Below the pieces are notes generated by a model. That model did not search any database, was not told the DNA's origin, and saw nothing but the letters and a program-made list of their open reading frames with translations. Positions 36,079-47,731 of a DNA stretch of 57,715 nt are shown piece by piece. The position numbers and the translations under genes were made by a program. The number at the start of each line of letters is the position of its first letter. The stretch's first letter is position 1. Source of the DNA: Parcubacteria group bacterium (GTDB lineage Bacteria > Patescibacteriota > Patescibacteriia > Patescibacteriales > GWC2-42-12); NCBI GenBank assembly GCA_016188785.1, contig JACPHD010000017.1:1-57715 (forward strand). Direction: 5' to 3'.

Positions 36079-39000
36079 ATGAAAAAACAAATGAACATAA
36101 AAAAAATGTGGCACCGCGATTTTGTTTTTACTAATTCTAAATGGTTGCTCCTGTTGGTATTAATAATATTTGGAATATCTTTTTATGATCATGCGTTAGC
36201 AGCCTTTGAAGGCCAAAATTGGCATACAGAAAAATTAGAATTTGACGAGTCAATACCTGGCGGTGGTGTTGCAGTGGTGTGGGAAAAAACAGAAGACGGA
36301 AATAGTGGTGGTGTGGGTGAAAGTTTTGATATTAGTGAACATGTTGCGCAGGGAAATGATGGCGGGATATATATTATAGAGAGCTCCCCCAGAGTAATTA
36401 CTCCCACCACTAATAGCAAAAAATACGTTCTTACAAAAAGAAAACAAAGCGATGGCGATATAATTTGGAGAATAGACCTCTTATCTAGAGATGGAAAATA
36501 TATAGATGATGTTGTTGATTTTGAAGGCATAAGTACGGGATCTCCTGGAGATTCTCTTTATTTAATTGGTCGTCTCCATAATTACGCGCCAGATGGGAGT
36601 TTTATTTCAGCAATTACATTAATTCAAAAAAGGAATCTTGACGGTTCGCTTGCTTGGGAAACAATAGAATCTAATATTGATCTTAGAACATTATCAGTTC
36701 TTAGTGGGTCTGTTTATGTTGGTGGTTATGACAAAATATCACTTAATGGGATAGTAAGAAGTTTATACGGATCTACTGGTAAAATGAGATGGGAACATTC
36801 AATCCCTGCGGCACAAGGTCGGATTGCCATGGTAGCTGATATTATGACAAGGGTGCCTGGTGAAGTTTCAGTTATTGGATATAAGGGAGACTTAATTTTT
36901 GGCCTAAACAGGATGTTTTTTCAGCGTTTAGCTGTTGAAGATGAAAATGCCTACCGTGTTTTTTTAAGTAAAGATGATTATCCTTTTGTATCTACTGTCG
37001 GAAATCAGCCTGATATTGCTCTTTCGGGTGATAGTACTGGATCTCCTCATACTATTTTTGCCTATAGATATAATGAGGCTACGTTTGGTGTGCAGAATAA
37101 ATTGGGTATACTAAATGCTCAAGGAAATATTACCGAACTTAGAAATATTGATTTTAACTGGCGTGATCTTTCTGTTGGGGTTTACACTACTGATGTGCTT
37201 CTTTCAGGATTGGAATATAAACAATATGACGGTCATTATTATTGGAGAGTTGACAAATATAATGCTAATTTAGATGGTGTATGGCAGAGAATGTTTGAAG
37301 TGGGTGGTTTTGGAGGTGGTGCATATGATGGACATTTGATATCGGGAACTGCTTACGTAGTTGGTGGGGCACGACCGACAGCATCCTTTTCCCTCTCCGC
37401 TCCCTCTCCAACCTCTCAAGTAACAAATCCCGGCTGGACGCGCGATTATAGTGTTGGTATTACGCGTACGGGCGGATTTAACGACGCGGTTAATCTTTCG
37501 TCTGCTGTGGCATTGAATGGCGCCGACTTAAATATCACCTGGCCAGACGGGAGCGTTATTTCGGCTGGCGAAAGCGGACCAAAAACGATGCGGGTTCAAG
37601 CGCTGGCGGCTACGGAATTAAAGCGGGGGATGAATTATGATATTACTATTACAGCCAGCGGAGGAGGCGTAACTAAAACCCAAGAAGTTGATTTCTATAT
37701 TAACCAGCGGCCTCAAGCAAGGTTTAGAGCTATAGGGAGTACAAATATCAATCCGGGCCAGTCAGTCAGTTTTCGCGATGGAGATAATACTTTAACCCCT
37801 TCCAACGATCCGGATACGTTCGCGCCGGGAAATACTTTGCAAGTTTTTATGGCTGATTTTAACAATGATGGCGTTGTTGATAAATGTTTTGCCATTGTAG
37901 CAGTTACCGGTTGCAGTTCTAATCCAGCCGATGATCCTCGAATCAATAATTGGAGTTTTCAGTATAATAACTCTGGAATATATATTGCCCAATATCTTGT
38001 GTTTGACGATCTTTTTGATGATGGTCCCCCGCCTCTTTCTTGGGCAGAAGCCCTAAAATCCGCCGCCTTTGCCTTGCCTATTCAAGTTATTGTCGGCGCC
38101 GCTGGCACTGCTCCATCCGCCGTGATTGACATACAAAACGATAGTGGACGGCCAATTAGCCAAGCCTTGCCCGGACAAATGTTTTACGCTTACGCGGGCG
38201 GCTCTAACGATCCTGATGGAACTATAAACTTGGTGTCGTTTTGCGCGGATACTACGCCGGAATTAAGCGGCGCTCCAAAAAATTGCGACGGCAGTGTTAT
38301 GCCTTGGATTATGCCGCCGCTTGGCTGGGACGCGCCCGACTTGGCGCGTAATTGGTTGGCCGTGGCAAAAAAATTGCGCGGAAAAATATCTGCGCCCGGA
38401 ACCTACGCAATATATATGATTGTCGCGGATAATACCGGTATGCTTTCCAATGTGGCAATGGATACGATTACTATTATAAATTTACCGCCGCCAATAGCCA
38501 ACAACCAAAGTGTAACAACGGATAAAAATACAGCTAAGGCGGTTATGTTAAGTGGGAGCGGAAATGGATGGGTGGATATGCTTAATACAAGCGATAATAA
38601 TATTCATAGTTTAGGGATAAGAGCAGATGGTACTGTATGGGGGTGGGGGTATAATTCATTTGAGCAGGCTGGAGATTGTGTGGGCGTCGGTTGTTATAGT
38701 CCAAATCAAATAAACGGTGAACCAGGTTTTAACAATATAATAAAAGTTACCGCTTCATATAGGAGTTCCATGGCGCTCAAATCCGATGGTACTGTTTGGG
38801 TGTGGGGCCGCGATGGCGATATGACAGGCAATCCCATTGCTAAACGAATAGTCGGTGTGTCAAATGCGATAGATATAGCAGGTGGCGGAGCTGACGAAAA
38901 GCTCTACATTTTAACTCAAAGTGGCGTGATTTATAGTTATCAATACTCCGCTAATTCATTATCTTTGTTGCCGTTGTTATCCAATGTGATAAAAATATAT

Positions 39001-41769
39001 AGTGGTAGTCCTTGGAATCTTTATGCGCTCAAATCAGATGGTACAGTTTGGCATTCAGACAGCCCCTTGTTTAATTTATGGACACAGATATCCGGATTAG
39101 ATAGTATTGTTAGTATTGGCGGGGGTAGCGAGGGTTTACTTGCTTTGAAATCAGATGGAACAGCAATGTATTATTTTAATAATAATGGTTTAACTGGGTT
39201 AATTGGCGGTTTAGATAGTATAGTTGCAATACATGGAGCTGATATTGAATCGTCTGCGTTGCGTTTATCCGCATTAAAATCAGATGGAACAGTTTGGGAA
39301 TGGAAAAAAAGAATTAGTATTTATGAAAATTTAAATCAGATTGACGGATTAAATAATATTATAGATATTGGTGGCGGTGGTAATTATAGATTAGCGTTAA
39401 AATCCGACGGTTCTCTTTTGGGTTGGGGGGCAAACGATATTGGTCAATTAGGCAATGGAGCAACTTGCGGTCATGGCGGTTGTATAAGTGGTGTTGTACA
39501 AACTCTACCTCCCCTTATTTACACCACAACCTCCCTCCCCGCCAACGGCTCCCTTAATAGAACTGGATTTTTAGGCGATGACCCTAATGTTACCTACACG
39601 CCTAATCTTGACTACACAGGCGCTGACTCGTTTCAGTTCAAAGTAAGCAATGGCGTTCAAGAAAGTGCGCCGGGCACGGTGAGTATTACGGTGAACAATG
39701 TTAACCGCGCCCCGGTCCTTGACCCCATCAGCAACAAAACCGTTAATGAAGGTTCTAATTTATCTTTTACTATTTCCGCCATTGATCCTGACGTTGGCGA
39801 TACCTTAACGTATTCCGCCAGCAATACTCCGGCTGGCGCGAGTTTTAACCCGGCCACTAGAACATTTTCCTGGACGCCCACGTTTACTCAAGCCGGTTCA
39901 TACCCATGGGTGAATTTTTCAGTGAGCGACGGCAATTTAACAGACAGCGAAGCCATTACGATAACGGTGAACAATGTTAACCGCGCTCCTACGGCCAACG
40001 CGCAATCGGTTTCTGTGCTTAAAAATAGCAGTAATAATTTGATTACTTTAGCCGGCACCGATCCGGACGGCGACCCGCTAACGTGTCCGGCGTCAGGCCT
40101 AACAAATCCAGCGCACGGCACCTTAGGCGGAGCCGGTTGCGCTAGAACCTATACGCCCGCCAACGGCTACACGGGCGGCGATTCCTTTACCTTTAAGGTT
40201 AATGATGGCACGGTTGACAGTCTGCCAGCAACCGTGTCTATAACAGTAGTATCGCCAGCGCAAAGAATATTAAATATAACTGGCGCTGGTTCTGGCAATG
40301 GCGCAATCACCAGCTCTCCGGCCGGCATAAATTGCGTTACCCAAAATGGAGTTTTGAGCGGAACCTGCTCGGTTGGATTTGATATAAATACAGCCGTTAC
40401 TTTAACCGACGCCGCCGCGGCTGATTCAATCTTTGCCGGCTGGAGCGGCGATCCTGATTGTTCTCCTGATGGAAATGTTACGATGAACGTGGCAAAAACT
40501 TGCACCGCCACGTTTAACCTAACCACCGGCAGTATTCAAGTTAAGGCTACTTTAGATGGCAATCCCTGGAGCGGCGATTTGAATTATACGTTAACCGGTA
40601 GAGAAAACATCAACGGTAGTACGGTTCCAAAAATTTTTAGCGATAAACTCACCGGCCTTTACACTTTAAACTATTTAAGCCGCGGTCCGGTCAACGCCAC
40701 GTTAGTTTCAATTACTCCGGCTGACTCCCAATGGTTAAGCAACGGCGCCCTGATTGAATTTACCATGAATTTTGTCTCTAATTATAGCCTCACTATTACT
40801 AAATCCGGCGCCGGCTCGGGTACGGTTACTAGCGCGCCGGCCGGCATAGATTGCGGCGCAACTTGTTCTGCTTCCTACGTCAATGGCACGGCTGTCACTC
40901 TTACAGCCTCTCCGGCAGTTGGCTCCGCCTTTACCGGCTGGTCCGGCGCTGGTTGCTCCGGCGTTGGCGCTTGCAATATAACCATGGACGCGGTTAAAAC
41001 CGTAGACGCCGCCTTTGCTGCCTCGCCCGCGGCGGTTGGCTTGTCAGCGCCTAACTGGAATTTTTTCAATGCCGCTAAACTCGGAGCTCTTAAAGCCTTT
41101 TTGAAATGGCAGTTTAGCGACCCCAACCCTGGCGCTAGCGAAAGCGCCTATCAGGTGATAGTTGATACTGACAATGATCCGCTCACTCCGCCCTTAATTG
41201 ACACTGGCAAATGTTTAGGTTATAACAACCCTAGCGTTAAATGCCGCATCAATCTGGGCGTGGATAGCTACCAGGTCCATGACCAAGCTGATTTAAGTTA
41301 TAACACTAAATATTATTGGTGGGTTAAAGTCTGGAATAATTATGATTTAACTTCGGCTTTAAAGCAATATGATACAGAACCTGATACGGATAATGACGAC
41401 GGCGATCCGTTTACTTTCACTACCTATAAAAGTGAATTTCCTAATGCTGATTTTATCTGGTTTCCGGTCAAGCCCAGCCGCGGCGAAGCCGTGCAGCTTA
41501 CTGATAAGTCAAAATATTACCCGAACGCCGCGCCCGAGCCGGCCTTTGATTGCGATGAGGCTCATTGCGCTTGGCTCTGGACCGGGCCGGCCGACGCTGT
41601 TATTGACAATGCCAGAGCTAAAAATCCTAAAATTACTTTTAGCTCCTCGGGCCAAATGAGCGTGACTTTAAAAGTTACCGATAAAAATAACGGCTATTAT
41701 ACTAACCTAACTAAAATTTTGGATCTAAACCGGAAATTGCCTAGCTGGAAGGAAGTTAAGCCGAAATAA
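36079..41769 (+). CDS. very large secreted surface protein (beta-propeller, PKD-like, RCC1, Big_9/cadherin-like, InlB-B-like repeats)
   Basis: signal peptide; ALKSDGTVW RCC1 repeats; YTP..YTG.DSF.FKV.DG Ig repeats; GSGTVTSAPAGIDCG repeats; ATG 36079 chosen. Confidence 0.88.
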   Translation: MKKQMNIKKMWHRDFVFTNSKWLLLLVLIIFGISFYDHALAAFEGQNWHTEKLEFDESIPGGGVAVVWEKTEDGNSGGVGESFDISEHVAQGNDGGIYIIESSPRVITPTTNSKKYVLTKRKQSDGDIIWRIDLLSRDGKYIDDVVDFEGISTGSPGDSLYLIGRLHNYAPDGSFISAITLIQKRNLDGSLAWETIESNIDLRTLSVLSGSVYVGGYDKISLNGIVRSLYGSTGKMRWEHSIPAAQGRIAMVADIMTRVPGEVSVIGYKGDLIFGLNRMFFQRLAVEDENAYRVFLSKDDYPFVSTVGNQPDIALSGDSTGSPHTIFAYRYNEATFGVQNKLGILNAQGNITELRNIDFNWRDLSVGVYTTDVLLSGLEYKQYDGHYYWRVDKYNANLDGVWQRMFEVGGFGGGAYDGHLISGTAYVVGGARPTASFSLSAPSPTSQVTNPGWTRDYSVGITRTGGFNDAVNLSSAVALNGADLNITWPDGSVISAGESGPKTMRVQALAATELKRGMNYDITITASGGGVTKTQEVDFYINQRPQARFRAIGSTNINPGQSVSFRDGDNTLTPSNDPDTFAPGNTLQVFMADFNNDGVVDKCFAIVAVTGCSSNPADDPRINNWSFQYNNSGIYIAQYLVFDDLFDDGPPPLSWAEALKSAAFALPIQVIVGAAGTAPSAVIDIQNDSGRPISQALPGQMFYAYAGGSNDPDGTINLVSFCADTTPELSGAPKNCDGSVMPWIMPPLGWDAPDLARNWLAVAKKLRGKISAPGTYAIYMIVADNTGMLSNVAMDTITIINLPPPIANNQSVTTDKNTAKAVMLSGSGNGWVDMLNTSDNNIHSLGIRADGTVWGWGYNSFEQAGDCVGVGCYSPNQINGEPGFNNIIKVTASYRSSMALKSDGTVWVWGRDGDMTGNPIAKRIVGVSNAIDIAGGGADEKLYILTQSGVIYSYQYSANSLSLLPLLSNVIKIYSGSPWNLYALKSDGTVWHSDSPLFNLWTQISGLDSIVSIGGGSEGLLALKSDGTAMYYFNNNGLTGLIGGLDSIVAIHGADIESSALRLSALKSDGTVWEWKKRISIYENLNQIDGLNNIIDIGGGGNYRLALKSDGSLLGWGANDIGQLGNGATCGHGGCISGVVQTLPPLIYTTTSLPANGSLNRTGFLGDDPNVTYTPNLDYTGADSFQFKVSNGVQESAPGTVSITVNNVNRAPVLDPISNKTVNEGSNLSFTISAIDPDVGDTLTYSASNTPAGASFNPATRTFSWTPTFTQAGSYPWVNFSVSDGNLTDSEAITITVNNVNRAPTANAQSVSVLKNSSNNLITLAGTDPDGDPLTCPASGLTNPAHGTLGGAGCARTYTPANGYTGGDSFTFKVNDGTVDSLPATVSITVVSPAQRILNITGAGSGNGAITSSPAGINCVTQNGVLSGTCSVGFDINTAVTLTDAAAADSIFAGWSGDPDCSPDGNVTMNVAKTCTATFNLTTGSIQVKATLDGNPWSGDLNYTLTGRENINGSTVPKIFSDKLTGLYTLNYLSRGPVNATLVSITPADSQWLSNGALIEFTMNFVSNYSLTITKSGAGSGTVTSAPAGIDCGATCSASYVNGTAVTLTASPAVGSAFTGWSGAGCSGVGACNITMDAVKTVDAAFAASPAAVGLSAPNWNFFNAAKLGALKAFLKWQFSDPNPGASESAYQVIVDTDNDPLTPPLIDTGKCLGYNNPSVKCRINLGVDSYQVHDQADLSYNTKYYWWVKVWNNYDLTSALKQYDTEPDTDNDDGDPFTFTTYKSEFPNADFIWFPVKPSRGEAVQLTDKSKYYPNAAPEPAFDCDEAHCAWLWTGPADAVIDNARAKNPKITFSSSGQMSVTLKVTDKNNGYYTNLTKILDLNRKLPSWKEVKPK

Positions 41770-41785
41770 GAAATATTATCAAAAA

Positions 41786-41904
41786 CGTCATTGCGAGCGA
41801 CTTTCTCTTTTTGTCATTCCCGCGCATCCGCCAACTGGCGGAGGGAATCCATGTTGGGGCGGTAATAACTTGTTTCTGGATTGCGGGTCGGAGCCCGCAA
41901 TGAC
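41786..41904. repeat. composite REP-like element
   Basis: CGTCATTGCGAGCGAC remnant followed by GTCATTCCCGCG[TCCGCCAACTGGCGGA]GGGAATCC...GGATTGCGGGTCGGAGCCCGCAATGACA. Confidence 0.88.
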
Positions 41905-41951
41905 AGAAAAATTATTTAGCGTGGCTGGCGCCGCGCTGATTTAAAATCAGC

Positions 41952-42584
41952 ATGAATAAAAAAATAAACCCCGCGCCTTCCCGCGGGATATTAGACATCA
42001 CAGAAAAGATTGTTTTAAACCATTTGTCTATAAGCAGTCTCCGCGGCGCTTTAGGAAGGCGCGGGGTAAATAATTATGGTTTTACTTTAATTGAATTATT
42101 AGTCAGTATTTTTATAGTCGCCTTGCTGGGCGGTTTTTTCATGGTTAATTATCATGATACTAATAAACGTTCGGAACTGGGCATGGTAAAACAGAAGCTG
42201 GCCTCGGATATTAGATTGGCGCAGAATTATAGCTTAGGCGCAAAAACTTATGATGGTCTTAATACTCCCGGCGGGGGCTGGGGAGTACATTTTGATTTGG
42301 CCGACCCGACTCATTATATAATTTTCGCGGATCAAGAGGATCCTAATGGCAATCAAGTTTATGAAGATACCGAAAAAATAGAGACTAAAACTTTGCCGGT
42401 CGGCATAACCCTGGATTCTTTAAGTCCGGCCAATACGGTTGATATTGTTTTTTTTCCGCCTGATCCGGTAACTTATGTTAATAGTTCGGCCGTAACTAAC
42501 GCGCAAATTACTTTGCGGGAAAATATTAATAATTCAACCGCGGTTATTACGGTCAATTCTTTCGGGTTAATTGATACGGATTAA
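41952..42584 (+). CDS. type IV minor pilin / pseudopilin (FimT/GspH-like)
   Basis: prepilin site G|FTLIE followed by a hydrophobic helix; leader lengthened by an insertion. Confidence 0.88.
   Translation: MNKKINPAPSRGILDITEKIVLNHLSISSLRGALGRRGVNNYGFTLIELLVSIFIVALLGGFFMVNYHDTNKRSELGMVKQKLASDIRLAQNYSLGAKTYDGLNTPGGGWGVHFDLADPTHYIIFADQEDPNGNQVYEDTEKIETKTLPVGITLDSLSPANTVDIVFFPPDPVTYVNSSAVTNAQITLRENINNSTAVITVNSFGLIDTD
41965..42070. mobile_element. CCCCG...CGGGG element in frame in the prepilin leader, TAAA duplication
   Basis: TAAA|CCCCGCGCCTTCC...GGAAGGCGCGGGG|TAAA; 98+4 = 102 nt. Confidence 0.82.
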
Positions 42585-42589
42585 AATAT

Positions 42590-42748
42590 AAATTTCTAAA
42601 TTACTAATTAACCTAATTTCTAAAATTACAAATAACAAATTCCAAACAATATCAAAATTCTAATTTACCAATATCTAAAATAAATATATCGTTTAGGCTT
42701 TGTTATTTTAAATTTGTTTGTGATTTGGCGTTTGTGATTTGGAATTTT
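42590..42748. repeat. long heptamer hairpin
   Basis: AAATTAC/AAATAAC/AAATTCC arm vs. GTGATTT/GGAATTT arm. Confidence 0.7.
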
Positions 42749-42752
42749 ATAA

Positions 42753-43265
42753 ATGAAATTTAAAGCAATAAAAAACAACTTAGGCATTAGCATTCTTGAA
42801 GTTATCGTGGCTATGACCATAATTACTCTGGGCCTGGTTGGCGTTTTATCGTTGGTAATTCAAAACGTTAAAGCGCAATATATTAATAAAAACGTTTTAA
42901 TCGCTTCGGATCTGGCCGGAGAAGGCTTGGAATTGATAAGAAATGTTAGGGATTTTAATTGGTTGACCCCGGGTAACACTTGGAAGCAAAATATTGTCGG
43001 TGATGGCACTTATACAATTGATTATGGCGGGTTAATTAGCATTAATATGGCCGTAAATTCCATAAATGATGCTGGCGCCAGATTGTATCTTAATAGCGAT
43101 GGTTTTTATGTTCATACCGCGACCGCGGACACGACTAATTTTTATCGCTTAATTACCGTGGTTGACAATGGCGATTATCTTGATGTTAAATGCACTATCC
43201 GCTGGCAAGATGGCGCACAGGAACATGATTATACGGCCCAAACTTATTTATACAATTGGCGGTAA
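42753..43265 (+). CDS. type IV minor pilin (PilV-like)
   Basis: G|ISILEV, LAGEGLELIRNVRD. Confidence 0.85.
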   Translation: MKFKAIKNNLGISILEVIVAMTIITLGLVGVLSLVIQNVKAQYINKNVLIASDLAGEGLELIRNVRDFNWLTPGNTWKQNIVGDGTYTIDYGGLISINMAVNSINDAGARLYLNSDGFYVHTATADTTNFYRLITVVDNGDYLDVKCTIRWQDGAQEHDYTAQTYLYNWR

Positions 43266-43270
43266 CCCTC

Positions 43271-43344
43271 AAATCTACAAATTTGCTACGAATAATACAA
43301 ATATAAATAATAATTTGTAATATTTGTAACTGATTTGTAGATTT
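43271..43344. repeat. TACAAAT/TACGAAT-type inverted repeat
   Basis: AAATCTACAAAT ... ATTTGTAGATTT terminal pairing with periodic internal units. Confidence 0.75.
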
Positions 43345-43359
43345 GTGGGGAAAATTATT

Positions 43360-43944
43360 ATGAATTTTTTAATAAAAATAAAAGATAATAAGGGTGTGAG
43401 CTTAATTGAGCTACTGGTGGCCGTTACGATTTTTACATTTTTAATTTTGTTGGCTGTTCAAATATTTAAAATGGTGGTTGACGGCCAGCGGAGCGCCATC
43501 GCCGCGCAAAATACGCAGGAAAATATGAGATATGCTCTGGAAAAGATAAGTAAAGAAATCAGAATGGCGCGGATCAGTAATCAGGAGTGCGAGTCAATTT
43601 TTTTCCCGCCGGCTACGGCCAGCTATAAAGTCTATAATACAGCCGCCGGCGCCAGCCAGTTGTATTTTAAAAATAAAGATGGCGTTTGCTTGGCTTATTA
43701 TCTATCAAATAATCGTCTTAAAATAATAGCCGGCATTGGCGCTGGCGCTAGGTCCGATTTTATTACTCCGGCGAAAGTTGAAGTTAGTAATTTAAAATTT
43801 TTCGTAGTTGATGATATTATCGGCGCTTTTCACTCTAAACAGCCGTATGTTACCATGGCGATGGAGGTTAAAGCGATCGGGCCGGTTCTGCATGAGCAGA
43901 AAATGAAAATTCAAATGACGGTTTCGTCAAGATATTATGAGTAA
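43360..43944 (+). CDS. type IV minor pilin (PilW-like)
   Basis: G|VSLIELLV, ALEKISKEIRMA. Confidence 0.85.
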   Translation: MNFLIKIKDNKGVSLIELLVAVTIFTFLILLAVQIFKMVVDGQRSAIAAQNTQENMRYALEKISKEIRMARISNQECESIFFPPATASYKVYNTAAGASQLYFKNKDGVCLAYYLSNNRLKIIAGIGAGARSDFITPAKVEVSNLKFFVVDDIIGAFHSKQPYVTMAMEVKAIGPVLHEQKMKIQMTVSSRYYE

Positions 43945-44347
43945 ATTTAATGCGAATGCCGCGAATAATATGCGAATGCCGCGAATAAAAAAAGAAACAG
44001 GCGTGATATTATTATTAACTTTATTTATTTTATCCGGCATCTTAATTATTACTTTGGCCGCGGCTGATTTGGTTTTAGCTGGTCTAAAAATGAATCGTTT
44101 AACCGGTTATTCAAATCTGGCTTTTTTCGCGTCTGAAGCCGGCTTGGAGCGGGTTTTATGGGAAGCCAGAAAAAATAATTATGTCTTGCCAAATATTGAT
44201 ACGGCTAATATTTTTAGTTTAGGCGATCTTGGCAATGGTAGTAGCTATCAGGTAGATTATGCAACTTCTTCGCCTAATGTCACTTTTAAATCAATCGGCT
44301 CATACCGCGGAGTTAAAAGATCGGTTGAAGCCACTTATCAGCCGTAG
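43937..44347 (+). CDS. PilX-like minor pilin
   Basis: G|VILLLTL without E5, AFFASEAGLE, SIGSYRGVKRSVE. Confidence 0.8.
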   Translation: MSKFNANAANNMRMPRIKKETGVILLLTLFILSGILIITLAAADLVLAGLKMNRLTGYSNLAFFASEAGLERVLWEARKNNYVLPNIDTANIFSLGDLGNGSSYQVDYATSSPNVTFKSIGSYRGVKRSVEATYQP

Positions 44348-44350
44348 TAA

Positions 44351-46525
<2,175 letters not shown>

Positions 46526-46526
46526 C

Positions 46527-46591
46527 CGTCATTAAATAATTTCTGGATTCCTTCCCCGCTTTCGCGAGGACTAAAGGCCGCAGGAATGACG
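46527..46591. repeat. REP-like element
   Basis: 46540-46591 is the reverse complement of 19473-19524 with one mismatch. Confidence 0.88.
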
Positions 46592-46599
46592 AGGAGTAT

Positions 46600-46893
46600 A
46601 TGCAATTATCCAAGAACGAAATACAACATATTGCCAAACTGGCCAGGCTGGAACTTACGGATGTTGAGCTGGAAAAATACGGCGCGCAACTATCCGCGGT
46701 TTTAAATTATATTGACCAGCTTAAGGAAGTTGAGGTTCAAGGCGTGGAACCGACCGCGCAAGTTACCGGGCTGGAAAATGTTTTACGCGAAGATGTGGTA
46801 AGGGGTTGGGACAAGGCCGAAATTGAGGAAGCTTTGAATGGCGCGCCGGAACGGGAAGGCCGATTTATTAAAGTGAAGCGGGTAATAGAATAA
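46600..46893 (+). CDS. gatC: Asp/Glu-tRNA amidotransferase subunit C
   Basis: HIAKLARL, VLREDV, FIKVKRV. Confidence 0.96.
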   Translation: MQLSKNEIQHIAKLARLELTDVELEKYGAQLSAVLNYIDQLKEVEVQGVEPTAQVTGLENVLREDVVRGWDKAEIEEALNGAPEREGRFIKVKRVIE

Positions 46894-46902
46894 AAATATT
46901 TA

Positions 46903-46977
46903 CCCCGTTAGAAATTCATCAAACTAAAACGGGGCGTATAATAAAATATATTATGGCAAATCAAATTTCTAACGGGG
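46903..46977. mobile_element. CCCCG...CGGGG element supplying a start codon
   Basis: 75-bp core homologous to 24110-24184; flanks TTTA / TGAA are not an exact duplication. Confidence 0.8.
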
Positions 46978-47318
46978 TGAAGATAATCAATCAAGAAATT
47001 ACCATTAACGAATTGAAAATTATGGCTGAAAAAATGTTCGGTAATTTAGTCAAAGCCGTGGTTGATATTGAACGCGGTATAATGGCGGTTGACGCTGAAT
47101 TGCACGCTGATGAAGAAGCAGGTTTAATTAAAAACGGTTCGGAGCAGAAAGATTTGTGGGGAATTAATTTGTACCCGGCACTTAAGACCGATGATTTTAT
47201 TGAATTTGATTCAATGATCAATTTAAGGCCGCGGCAAGGCAACTTGACGCGCGGCGTGGAAGATGAAAAAATTCAGGAGAAAATCAGGCTGATAGTGAAT
47301 AAGTTAATAAAAAAATAA
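46953..47318 (+). CDS. DUF5674-like protein
   Basis: LVKAVVDI, ELHADEE, DLWGINLYP, FDSMINLRP. Confidence 0.78.
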   Translation: MANQISNGVKIINQEITINELKIMAEKMFGNLVKAVVDIERGIMAVDAELHADEEAGLIKNGSEQKDLWGINLYPALKTDDFIEFDSMINLRPRQGNLTRGVEDEKIQEKIRLIVNKLIKK

Positions 47319-47320
47319 AA

Positions 47321-47407
47321 TGAACCCCGTTAGAAGTTACAATTTTAGCGGGAAAGAGTGAGTTAATTTTGATTGCAAATTATTATGCAAACTTCTAACG
47401 GGGTGAA
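47321..47407. mobile_element. CCCCG...CGGGG element in a start codon, TGAA duplication
   Basis: A-TGAA|CCCCGTTAGAAGTT...AACTTCTAACGGGG|TGAA; 79-bp core. Confidence 0.82.
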
Positions 47408-47729
47408 CCTTGAGCATAAAAATTTAGCGGCTGGCCGATGGGCTGAACTGTCGCTAGCCGAGCAGATGGCCAATATCGGCAGTGAAGTAGAACGGGCTAT
47501 AAAATGGAAGGCTAAAGGCAATTTTAAATATAGCGATCAAGCTTTTTTTAGAAGCCTGGAATTATTGAGCCTGTCTTTAGACACAGAAACCAGCGGGAGC
47601 AGATTAAAAGAATTGGCCAGGCTTTATGAAGCTTTGGTGGATTACTTTAAGGGAGAAAATATTTTCGCTTCATCCGATAAATTATGGCGGAATTATTTTT
47701 ATAGTTTTAATTGGTTAGCCAGAAAATAA
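47385..47729 (+). CDS. helical hypothetical protein next to the DUF5674-like gene
   Basis: GRWAELSLAEQMANIGSEVERA; element-derived MQTSNGV start. Confidence 0.75.
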   Translation: MQTSNGVNLEHKNLAAGRWAELSLAEQMANIGSEVERAIKWKAKGNFKYSDQAFFRSLELLSLSLDTETSGSRLKELARLYEALVDYFKGENIFASSDKLWRNYFYSFNWLARK

Positions 47730-47731
47730 TT

